From assembly GCA_950073835.1 (NCBI GenBank), contig CATMRP010000001.1:14164-78163 (forward strand): 64,000 bases of DNA. Reading direction: 5' to 3'. The notes under the pieces were generated by a model. It made no database searches. It saw only the letters and a list, made by a program, of their open reading frames with translations, and had not been told where the DNA came from. Made by a program: the position numbers and the translations under genes. This stretch comes from an uncultured Alteromonadaceae bacterium (GTDB taxonomy: Bacteria > Pseudomonadota > Gammaproteobacteria > Enterobacterales > Alteromonadaceae). Below, in pieces: positions 9,312-17,043 of the stretch (position 1 is the first letter of the stretch; each line of letters starts with the position of its first letter).

Positions 9312-10816
9312 TTCACCGTTGTGACCGATTTAGCCGGTACTGTTACCTGCCATTGCCGGGTACCCAGCGACAGGCTGATCTGCCGGGCCGTCCCGGCGGC
9401 GTTGGAGAGCAGGCAAACCACGGAACCGTCGGGATTTTCAAATGCGACGTTTTCAATCTTGCCGACACTTACGGGCGTTGTGGCAATGCGAACTGCACCT
9501 TGCTGAATAAAGCGGGAAAACTGCCCCATTAACCAGTATTCCGGGGTTTTATACCAGTTATCGCTATTTCCCTGGTGCTGAATAAGCATGGTGGGCCCAA
9601 CAACACCAAGCTTGTTGTAAGGCCCTTTATTGGCTTCATCCACTTGCTGAGGCAGCATGGTCACCCACGAAAGATACGCGGTAGACCAGTGCCTGAGGTG
9701 GCGGATAACGGCCTGAAAGCCACGGTTAAGGTCTTTGTCTCCTGCGCCCCATACACTGCCTTCGGTGAAAATAACGTCTTTGTCCGGGTGAGCCTGGTGG
9801 ACTTTTGCCATGGCAGAGGAATCGCCAGCATAATGATGAAAAGCCGTGCCATCCAGGTAATGGGCTTTATCCATTTGCTTTAAGGAGTCAATCTGTGCAA
9901 TGGCCTGTTGCCAGTAATTAAAGTTATGATCCAGCGTCCACAGTTTTACATCAAGCGTTTCACCATAATGCCCGCCAACATTGTGAAAGTTCTCGTAAAC
10001 GGCTATCAGTAAGTCGCGCTCTTGTTGCCAGCTCATTACCATGCCCGGGTACGCCGGTGGCTCAAACTGCCGTTCATTTTGTAGCGTGATGGCATAAACC
10101 GGTATCCCCTGGCTGGCATAGGCTTCAATAAAGTTGCGCAGGTAAGTGGCGTAGGCTGCGTAAAATTGCCGCTTTAGCGTGCCGCCTTGTACCATGTTGT
10201 TGTGCTCTCGCATCCAGCGCGGCGGGCTCCAGGGGCTGGCCACAAAGCGTACCGGGTTATTACTCTGCCGGCCGGCTTCCAGCGCCATTTGTAAGGTCTC
10301 TACAATACCCAGCTCAATATTGCGCTGAATACTGAACGCGCTGTCAGGCGTATCCTGAAAGCTGTACCAGCCCATGTCATTATCGGTAGGTGTGCGGGCG
10401 TGAGTGCCGTCAGAAAAGTCAGAGGTGCCAATACTGATGCGAAACAAATTCATACCAATGCCGTCAACCGGATCGATAAGGGCGTCCAGTAAGGCCCGCT
10501 GTTGCTGACGGTCTTTATTTTTTCGTATGGCATACACCGTAGAATGTTCCAACGAAGCGCCCAACCCAATAATTGTCTGAAAACGCCGGGTCGGGTTTAT
10601 CTCGATAGCATCTTTAGTGTTCGCCGCTGATGCCGCAACTGTTAGTGGGCTTAAACGGTAACTGATGTCAGATTCCGGCCACGGGGCCGAATACCAGCGT
10701 TGATCGTTGGGGTGAAGTTCTGTGGAAGTCCAGGCTCGTGGTTGCTCATTCACCTTCGCCGTGGCGTTAAACAGTACAAAAGAAAAAGTCATAAATGTAA
10801 GCAGACGTAATGTCAT
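9302..10816 (-). CDS. GH30 glycoside hydrolase; probable beta-1,6-glucanase or debranching enzyme
   Basis: FQTIIGLGAS, FRISIGTSDFS, ASPWSPPRWM, acid/base LQNE, HHYAG, nucleophile FTEG, C-terminal AFENPDGSVV; start moved to ATG 10816 (signal peptide MTLRLL...ATA). Confidence 0.88.
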   Translation of the reverse strand: MTLRLLTFMTFSFVLFNATAKVNEQPRAWTSTELHPNDQRWYSAPWPESDISYRLSPLTVAASAANTKDAIEINPTRRFQTIIGLGASLEHSTVYAIRKNKDRQQQRALLDALIDPVDGIGMNLFRISIGTSDFSDGTHARTPTDNDMGWYSFQDTPDSAFSIQRNIELGIVETLQMALEAGRQSNNPVRFVASPWSPPRWMREHNNMVQGGTLKRQFYAAYATYLRNFIEAYASQGIPVYAITLQNERQFEPPAYPGMVMSWQQERDLLIAVYENFHNVGGHYGETLDVKLWTLDHNFNYWQQAIAQIDSLKQMDKAHYLDGTAFHHYAGDSSAMAKVHQAHPDKDVIFTEGSVWGAGDKDLNRGFQAVIRHLRHWSTAYLSWVTMLPQQVDEANKGPYNKLGVVGPTMLIQHQGNSDNWYKTPEYWLMGQFSRFIQQGAVRIATTPVSVGKIENVAFENPDGSVVCLLSNAAGTARQISLSLGTRQWQVTVPAKSVTTVKWP

Positions 10817-10874
10817 GGTGATGGTATCTCTGATAATCAAACAGCGGTGCCGGTGGCTTTGCCGCCACCAGGCG

Positions 10875-10907
10875 AATAAAAAAGCCAGCAAACAAGGGTT
10901 TGCTGGC
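10875..10907 (-). terminator. Intrinsic terminator downstream of GH5 lipoprotein
   Basis: Perfect 10-bp stem GCCAGCAAAC/GTTTGCTGGC, 4-nt loop, followed by TTTTTTATT on the minus strand. Confidence 0.8.
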
Positions 10908-10932
10908 AATGGTTGGGTTAACACACTTTCTT

Positions 10933-13488
10933 TTAGTTCTTAGTAAATTCCATCCAGTTCAGGTTCCAGGCACCGCCCAGTGCGGTCAGGAGAAGTTCCT
11001 GCTCACCGGCTTGCAAGGTCACCGTCGTAGTGATGGTTTGCCAGTTCTGCCAGTCTCCGGTATCCGGTACCGTAATACTGCCAACACTGGCGCCATTCAT
11101 AGCGAAGCTGATCCCTTCTGAGCCGCCAGAGCTGGCTATTCGCAGGGTCAGGGTATATTCACCGGCTTCGGCCACTTCTACGTTGTAAGTCAGCGTGTCG
11201 CCCGGATCCGTGTAGCCGAGGTTCTGGCCGCCGCCTTCATCCTGCGTATCTTCCACCTGGAAGCCCGACTGCCCGCTGAAATGCTCAGCCTCTATGCGGC
11301 CCGGAATGGTGGCGTAGAAAATCTCGGTGGCCACCTCATTTGAGGCATAGCTTTCCTCGCCGTTGTCGGCAGTGACGATATAAAAGTAGGTAACGCCATC
11401 TGCGGTCGTGGTATCGAGGTACATTTCACTTTCCACTCCTTCGGCTAACAGCTGATAGTTACTGCCCGATGATGTGGTGCGGTACACGTTATAGGTAGCA
11501 TCAGCCACGCCCATCCAGACCAGGCTCATACCTTCTTCGGTGTTTTCCAGCGTCAGGTTTTGCGGTGCGTCAGGAAAGTTGAATATATCGGCGGGCTGAT
11601 CGGCGCTCAGTGCCTCATACACACTTTCGTTGATTTCATATTCGATGGCCGACATGTTGGCGAAATAGGCTTCTATCTCTTCAATCGAAGCTGTATTCAG
11701 ATCGATGCCAGCCATGGCTGCGCCGCTGACATCCTGTCCGTTCTCAGGTGGTGCCGGCAGCAGATAGAACTCCGCCCAGGTGTCGGCAGATCCCGCGTCA
11801 TGGAAGGTGCCAGAAAGCAGGTAAGATTCACCGCCGGTGAGCTGAACTTCCTGATACACACCGCCATTGGCAAAACCATTCTGGGCGCTGATGCGCAGGA
11901 TATTCTCGTCGCCATCGGCGTAACCGACATCGGCAGTAAGATTATCATCGGCCGCGGAGCTGTTAGTGGCGCTCCATTCAATCCAGTTGCTTGCGGTATC
12001 AAAGGTACTGTTTTGCAGAACGTTTTCGCCGCTCGACTGAGCCGTAAACTGGAGGTTGTCAATGCGGATATCCTGAACCCCTCCCAATGAGCCGGACTTC
12101 ACAATCAGATAGAAGGTCTGGTCATCTTCGGTAGGCGTAACCACCTTAGTGGGGGTTTCACAGGCTTCGGCTAGCGGGCTGTCCCAGCCGGCACAGCTCC
12201 AGGTACTGGCTTTGGCCAACAGGCGCTCTCCTTTGTTGGTGACATAACCCCAGGTGCCATTGCCCTGCCCACCGTTAGTGGTCAGTACTTTGTACGACCA
12301 CGCGGTAGCCGCCCAGCTCAGTTCGTTGTAACGGTCAAAGGTGGCACGGGTGATCGGCCCGCCTTGTTCGCCAAGGCCTGTCCAGGGTTGCATTTCACCA
12401 ATCAGGAACGGGGTGTCCAGTTCGCGGATACGCTCGTCCCATTCACACACTCCGGTGGTGCCATTCTGGCCGCACGTCAGCCAATCACGGTGAACATCAT
12501 AGCCAATTTCGCCCCAGCCAAAGATGCCCGGATAAAAATGCATTTCAAAAGCCACATTGGTCATGCCTGCTTCTTCCGGATCGCCATAAGCATCAATGCC
12601 ACCGCTGTTATGCCCCGGCAGGATAACAATGTGCTCCTGATCGACTTCACGGATTGCCTCATACAGTTCTGTCACGTTGGCTGCCAGGGTTTCCGCATCG
12701 GTGCCCCAGGGTTCATTGAGCACCCCATAGCCTGCTACGGCGGGTTCATCTTTATAGCGCTCAGCAATCTGCTGCCATAACCAGCGGGTACGTTGCTGGT
12801 TTTCGGCAACGTTATCGCCTTCCCAGTATTCGTTTTTACCTTCGCAACCGCTGTGATGCTCCCAGCCCTGCGCACCGGCAGCGCCGTGTAAATCGAGAAC
12901 CACCCACATGTTGCGGGCTTTGGCCTCTTCGATCGCGTAATCGAGATATTGCCAGGCATCGTCTCGCAGGGTCATCGGGTTGGCGTCGTCTTCAATCAGC
13001 TGATACGGGAAAGGCAGGCGAATAAGATTGAAACCGGCGTCCTCAAGAATGTCCCAGTCGCGCTGGGTAATAAAGTTGTCGCGATAAACGTCCATCAGGC
13101 GCGCCCGTTCGTCGGCACCAAAACGCTCTTCCAGGGTACCTTCAAAGGTACACTGATCAACAATGCCCTCGCCAACCGGATTTTCGCCGTTGTTGAGCAT
13201 CCACATTTCCAGCATCAGCCAGTTGCCCAGGTTAACGCCGCGCAGCGAAACGATTTCGCCTTGTTCGTTCATCCAGCGTTCGCGGTCCTGCTTCAACATG
13301 CTGTATTGCTCGTTACCAGCTTTAGGTTCTGGCGGGGCAAAGTCATAAACGGTTTCGCCGTTATTACTATTGGCGTCGCTTGCTTCATCGAGGCCGCAGC
13401 CGACCATACTGAGTGCCAGACCACTCAAGGCAATAAGTTGAGCCAGTTTTGTCAGCGTAAACTTATTTTTGTTATCTGTTATTTTCAC
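10933..13488 (-). CDS. GH5 lipoprotein with inserted CBM-like segment, FN3-like domain and C-terminal CBM6; probable beta-1,3-glucanase
   Basis: Lipobox SMVGC; LRGVNLGNWL, LDLHGAAG, acid/base GVLNEP, nucleophile FLIGEM; FN3-like (TYNVYR, YFYIVTA); CBM6 (IEAEHF...WNLNWMEF); GTG start 13488 after GGAG. Confidence 0.9.
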   Translation of the reverse strand: MKITDNKNKFTLTKLAQLIALSGLALSMVGCGLDEASDANSNNGETVYDFAPPEPKAGNEQYSMLKQDRERWMNEQGEIVSLRGVNLGNWLMLEMWMLNNGENPVGEGIVDQCTFEGTLEERFGADERARLMDVYRDNFITQRDWDILEDAGFNLIRLPFPYQLIEDDANPMTLRDDAWQYLDYAIEEAKARNMWVVLDLHGAAGAQGWEHHSGCEGKNEYWEGDNVAENQQRTRWLWQQIAERYKDEPAVAGYGVLNEPWGTDAETLAANVTELYEAIREVDQEHIVILPGHNSGGIDAYGDPEEAGMTNVAFEMHFYPGIFGWGEIGYDVHRDWLTCGQNGTTGVCEWDERIRELDTPFLIGEMQPWTGLGEQGGPITRATFDRYNELSWAATAWSYKVLTTNGGQGNGTWGYVTNKGERLLAKASTWSCAGWDSPLAEACETPTKVVTPTEDDQTFYLIVKSGSLGGVQDIRIDNLQFTAQSSGENVLQNSTFDTASNWIEWSATNSSAADDNLTADVGYADGDENILRISAQNGFANGGVYQEVQLTGGESYLLSGTFHDAGSADTWAEFYLLPAPPENGQDVSGAAMAGIDLNTASIEEIEAYFANMSAIEYEINESVYEALSADQPADIFNFPDAPQNLTLENTEEGMSLVWMGVADATYNVYRTTSSGSNYQLLAEGVESEMYLDTTTADGVTYFYIVTADNGEESYASNEVATEIFYATIPGRIEAEHFSGQSGFQVEDTQDEGGGQNLGYTDPGDTLTYNVEVAEAGEYTLTLRIASSGGSEGISFAMNGASVGSITVPDTGDWQNWQTITTTVTLQAGEQELLLTALGGAWNLNWMEFTKN

Positions 13489-13604
13489 CGGTTTTCTCCG
13501 AGTTGCTCCAAGGGTTTGTCGGTGCGCGTGAACCAACAAGTTTGCAACAATCAGTTAACCAAATTTTGGCTTAAGACGATTCCGAGTCAGCGCGAAAACG
13601 CCAA

Positions 13605-13636
13605 TCAGAACGTTCGAATAAGCGTCAGAACGTGGG
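13605..13636. promoter_or_regulatory. Tandem candidate operator upstream of GH5 lipoprotein
   Basis: TCAGAACGTTCG (13605) and TCAGAACGTGGG (13625), 20 bp apart. Confidence 0.65.
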
Positions 13637-13655
13637 TTTTCACTGGCCTGGACAT

Positions 13656-13681
13656 AAAAAAGCCCGGCCATGGGGCCGGGC
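13656..13681 (-). terminator. Intrinsic terminator after halogenase gene
   Basis: 8-bp GC stem GCCCGGCC/GGCCGGGC followed by T6 on the minus strand. Confidence 0.8.
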
Positions 13682-13705
13682 GACTTAATATCAGTTAAGC
13701 GGCGG

Positions 13706-15190
13706 CTACTGATTTACATATTGACCTAAATAGTCCAGATGGTGAGGTAATTGTGTAACCCGATTGGCAATCTGCTGGCGGATCTGCAACAGAAAGTGGT
13801 GCAGTTCGTCATCACTCATATTGTTCACAATGGGGTGGTACCCACCGGGCTGTATACCTTGCCCCAGCATGACCTGCTGCCAGGAGTCTTCAAACAGCTC
13901 GTTACGTTCTTTGAGTACCCGACCAGTCTGCGCAAACAGATCGAGTTTTTCCTGCAGCGTGTCGGGGACTGTCATCTGCTGACAGTACTGCCATAAGGGG
14001 CTGTCGCGACGTTGGGTAACCTTGTAGTGGAGGATCACGAAGTCGCGAATACCAATCAGCTCCAGTTCGGCCTGCTTGTTATATTCATGGATTTCGCTGG
14101 GTTTAATACCGTTATGCGGGAAAAAATCCAGCAAGCGTAAAATGGCTGATGAAATCAGGTGAATGCTGGTGGACTCCAACGGCTCCAGGAAACCCGACGA
14201 CAGCCCAATAGCAACACAGTTTTTATGCCATTGTTTGCGCCGCTTGCCGGTTCTGAATGAAATCATTTTCGGCTCAGTGAGCGGCTCGGCTTGCAGGCTG
14301 GCTAGTAATTCATCTTCGGCGTGAGCATGGCTAATGGCATTGCTGGCAAATACGACCCCGTTACCTTGCCGGCCAGTCAGTGGAATTCGCCATTGCCAGC
14401 CGTAGGGTTGTGCGGTTGAACGGGTAAATGGAAGCGGCGGATGACTATGTTCAGATTGTACGGCAATAGCGCGATCGCAGGGTAGCCAGTGCGACCAGTC
14501 CTCATAACCGGTATGCAGCGCCTGCTCAATCAGGCGTCCGCGAAACCCGGTGCAATCGATAAACAGGTCACCGTGCACGATTTCACCCTGGCTGAGTGTG
14601 AGAGAGTCTATGTTGCCGGTACCCGGGTTGAGCACCACATCACTAATAATGCCTTCGATACGTGTTACGCCACGCTGTTCACTGAAACTGCGCAGGTAGC
14701 GTGCATAGTTACCTGCATCCAGGTGGTAGGCATAATTCAGGTTTTTGGGTTGGGTATGGGCAAAACGCTCAGCCTTGGCAGCCTGGTGTTCCGGGCAATA
14801 ATCACCGTAATCATAGTGGATGCCTAATTGCCTGCCCCTCAACCAGAAATGCTGAAACCCGCAGGCCCAGCAATCCTGCCCGGTATGGCCAAAGGCATGG
14901 AGGTACTTATGCTCAGCGTGACGCCAGTTGATAAATTCGATACCGAGCTTAAAGGTAGCCTGGGTAGCCGCCATAAACTCGCGCTCATCAATGCCAAGCA
15001 GACGGTGAAAGTATTGCAGCGTGGGAATCGTCGCTTCGCCTACACCCACCGTACCAATAATGTCGGATTCAACCAGCGTAATGTTTAGTTGTTTGCCCAG
15101 CGTATGGCTCAACGCCGCGGCGGTCATCCAGCCAGCGGTGCCACCACCGGCAATGACAATGCGTTGTACTTTATCGGGGATGTTGGTCAT
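13706..15190 (-). CDS. Flavin-dependent halogenase (tryptophan halogenase family) homologue
   Basis: IAGGGTAG, GVGEATIP, catalytic-Lys motif ATFKLGIEF, DCTGFR, WQWRIP (WxWxIP), GFLEPLEST; no signal peptide. Confidence 0.92.
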   Translation of the reverse strand: MTNIPDKVQRIVIAGGGTAGWMTAAALSHTLGKQLNITLVESDIIGTVGVGEATIPTLQYFHRLLGIDEREFMAATQATFKLGIEFINWRHAEHKYLHAFGHTGQDCWACGFQHFWLRGRQLGIHYDYGDYCPEHQAAKAERFAHTQPKNLNYAYHLDAGNYARYLRSFSEQRGVTRIEGIISDVVLNPGTGNIDSLTLSQGEIVHGDLFIDCTGFRGRLIEQALHTGYEDWSHWLPCDRAIAVQSEHSHPPLPFTRSTAQPYGWQWRIPLTGRQGNGVVFASNAISHAHAEDELLASLQAEPLTEPKMISFRTGKRRKQWHKNCVAIGLSSGFLEPLESTSIHLISSAILRLLDFFPHNGIKPSEIHEYNKQAELELIGIRDFVILHYKVTQRRDSPLWQYCQQMTVPDTLQEKLDLFAQTGRVLKERNELFEDSWQQVMLGQGIQPGGYHPIVNNMSDDELHHFLLQIRQQIANRVTQLPHHLDYLGQYVNQ

Positions 15191-16233
15191 CGGTTTAACG
15201 CCTGAAGTAGCAGGCTGCGCAGACGCCGGGCATTTTCTTCGCCGGGCAGGCCAAGAATGCCTCTGGCCTCTTCGGGAATATGGTCGTGTTGCGTGCCATG
15301 TTGATTAAAAATGTAATGGTTAAACATATCCTGCCAGATTTGCTTTTCCTCTGGCGGCAGTCCGGCAATGCTTAGCAGGGCATGTTGCAGGGCATTGATA
15401 GGCGCATCCATGTAATCCGGCGTGGTGCGCCACCAGTAGTTAACAAGCAGATTAAACGGCGCAAGCGCTTCAACTTCGTGCCACCACATACTGGGGATAA
15501 ACAATGCATCGCCCGGCTCCAACTCGGCAATCTGCATGTGGGCCATTGCCTGACGAAAGCGCGGAAAGCGTTGCTCATTAATATTGTGTAAATCTACCAG
15601 ACTGACCGGTTGTCCGGAGGGGGTATGTTCGAGCGGGCCGATATAAAGATTGGGCATTTGATCCGGCGGAAACAGTGTAAAGCGGCGCCGACCTGCTACG
15701 CAGCAAGCGATGTTCAGGGGCAGGTCCTGATGGATGGCTACGCGGGTCTTATTACCAACCCATAAGCCGTTACGCGGTTGCTCGTGGGGCACTGGTATTC
15801 TGGGGTTTTCAGTTTCAAAGCCGGGCAGGTATTGCTGTAAATGGGTGCCACCGATAAAGATAGCTGGTGGCGTCGTCATTGTTTGGGTATCGAGTAACTT
15901 GCGCAGGATCAGGCCCAGCTCGGCGGCAACCTTGTCAAAATTAAAACCGCTCATGTCTTCATTGTAAAAAAAGCGCCCGTTAATGTCGGGGGCGCCGAAG
16001 AAAAAGCCCAGCGGCTCGCCGGTGTAAAATTTGAGTAAATGCTGGCACAGGTCATATGCACTTTGTTTACCGTACTGCACGGCCTGCCAGTGACTGATAT
16101 AGCCACTGAGTTTTACCGGTTGCTGGCTGGCTGGCAGCCAGTCGGGAAGTTTACTGCCGGGCGTTAAGGTAATGCTTTGGCAGTGACGGCCTGAATCAAC
16201 TGCTGGCACCGACTTGTGCCCTCTTGCGTTCAA
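15187..16233 (-). CDS. Cupin-like JmjC domain protein
   Basis: LWVGNKT, HQD (HxD), GRRRFTLFPP, LEPGDALFIPSMWWHEV; true start may be GTG 16209. Confidence 0.88.
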   Translation of the reverse strand: MNARGHKSVPAVDSGRHCQSITLTPGSKLPDWLPASQQPVKLSGYISHWQAVQYGKQSAYDLCQHLLKFYTGEPLGFFFGAPDINGRFFYNEDMSGFNFDKVAAELGLILRKLLDTQTMTTPPAIFIGGTHLQQYLPGFETENPRIPVPHEQPRNGLWVGNKTRVAIHQDLPLNIACCVAGRRRFTLFPPDQMPNLYIGPLEHTPSGQPVSLVDLHNINEQRFPRFRQAMAHMQIAELEPGDALFIPSMWWHEVEALAPFNLLVNYWWRTTPDYMDAPINALQHALLSIAGLPPEEKQIWQDMFNHYIFNQHGTQHDHIPEEARGILGLPGEENARRLRSLLLQALNR

Positions 16234-16924
16234 TTAAACCTGCAAAGTTAGCCTGGCTGGCCAGCACAAAATGGATCAACTGTAACATGCCGCTATGATG
16301 CAGGCGCAGTACCGCACTATCCTCTAATTCGCGTAATTTATCTTCGTTGATGGTGTAGTAACCGGCAAGGCGGTGTTTATCGGTGCCATCCAGGCTGATA
16401 TCTAAAAAGAAGCTCTCCAACAAGTCATGCTCAATCAGCGCCTGGTGGAAAGCCGCAGTTTCTGCTTCCCGCTCACGAATGGCATTTAATATATTGGTAA
16501 CTTGTTGCAAATACTCGCTGTGACCGCCGTGAGGTAAGAACAGTGGTTCTCCTTCAACCTCGCTGACCTTGGGACTGTCCAGATCAACCAGCAGTACCGG
16601 CTGCGATTCGCCCTGTTCATCCGGGCCGCGCATGCCAATTAAAAATGGCTGGCGTTCGATCATCAATGGCACGTAGCTGGCATCCCAGCCGGCCTCGGTG
16701 AGATACAGGTTTTCGTTTTGTTGCAAGCCAAGCAGAGCCACGGCATGAAAGCTTTGTTTTTGCTCATCCTTATAAAACACGATGGGGTATTCGTGTTGCA
16801 AACGACGAAACTCAAAAGGCAACGCCAGGGTGATCATTAACGATTCATTGAGCGCTGGCGTGTGCTGGCGGACTATACGTAAATCTTTGTGGGCAATATT
16901 ATTCAGAGCGACCGGGTTAGCCAT
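16196..16924 (-). CDS. SapC family protein
   Basis: LNNIAHKDLR, EFRRLQHEYPIVF, ALLGL...ENLY, WDASYVP, YTINEDKL match SapC-family proteins found beside TBDR/halogenase genes. Confidence 0.85.
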   Translation of the reverse strand: MANPVALNNIAHKDLRIVRQHTPALNESLMITLALPFEFRRLQHEYPIVFYKDEQKQSFHAVALLGLQQNENLYLTEAGWDASYVPLMIERQPFLIGMRGPDEQGESQPVLLVDLDSPKVSEVEGEPLFLPHGGHSEYLQQVTNILNAIREREAETAAFHQALIEHDLLESFFLDISLDGTDKHRLAGYYTINEDKLRELEDSAVLRLHHSGMLQLIHFVLASQANFAGLIERKRAQVGASS

Positions 16925-16961
16925 ATCTGCTCCTTGTTGTTATTGATAAGACACTATACCG

Positions 16962-17023
16962 AAAAAACCACACCAGGAGTAAGACGCGTAAAAAGCATAA
17001 AACGCGAGTTACTCAAGGTGTAG
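16962..17023 (-). terminator. Long imperfect stem-loop with U-tract between TBDR and sapC-like gene
   Basis: Minus strand CTACACC..GAGTAA..CGCGT-loop-ACGCG..TTACTC..GGTGTGG-TTTTTT. Confidence 0.55.
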
Positions 17024-17043
17024 CTACGGGTAATGATTACGGC

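Noticed and set aside
10050-10090. GH30 acid/base motif reads NER rather than NEP
   Set aside because: The catalytic Glu is intact, as is the nucleophile (FTEG); no basis for calling it inactive
270-13488. Similar N-termini of the two GH5 proteins (MKIT..KFT..LTKL.Q)
   Set aside because: Short basic/hydrophobic n-region pattern common in signal peptides of this group; not enough to claim a special export signal
12949-13698. 249-aa plus-strand ORF and the many other 60-180 aa ORFs overlapping real genes (e.g. 1239-1772, 24189-24626, 33758-34270)
   Set aside because: Antisense or off-frame shadows of well-supported genes, with no motifs or RBS
13540-17043. RiPP precursor peptide for the halogenase/JmjC enzymes
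   Set aside because: No small ORF with an RBS and leader/core character was found in the short intergenic gaps
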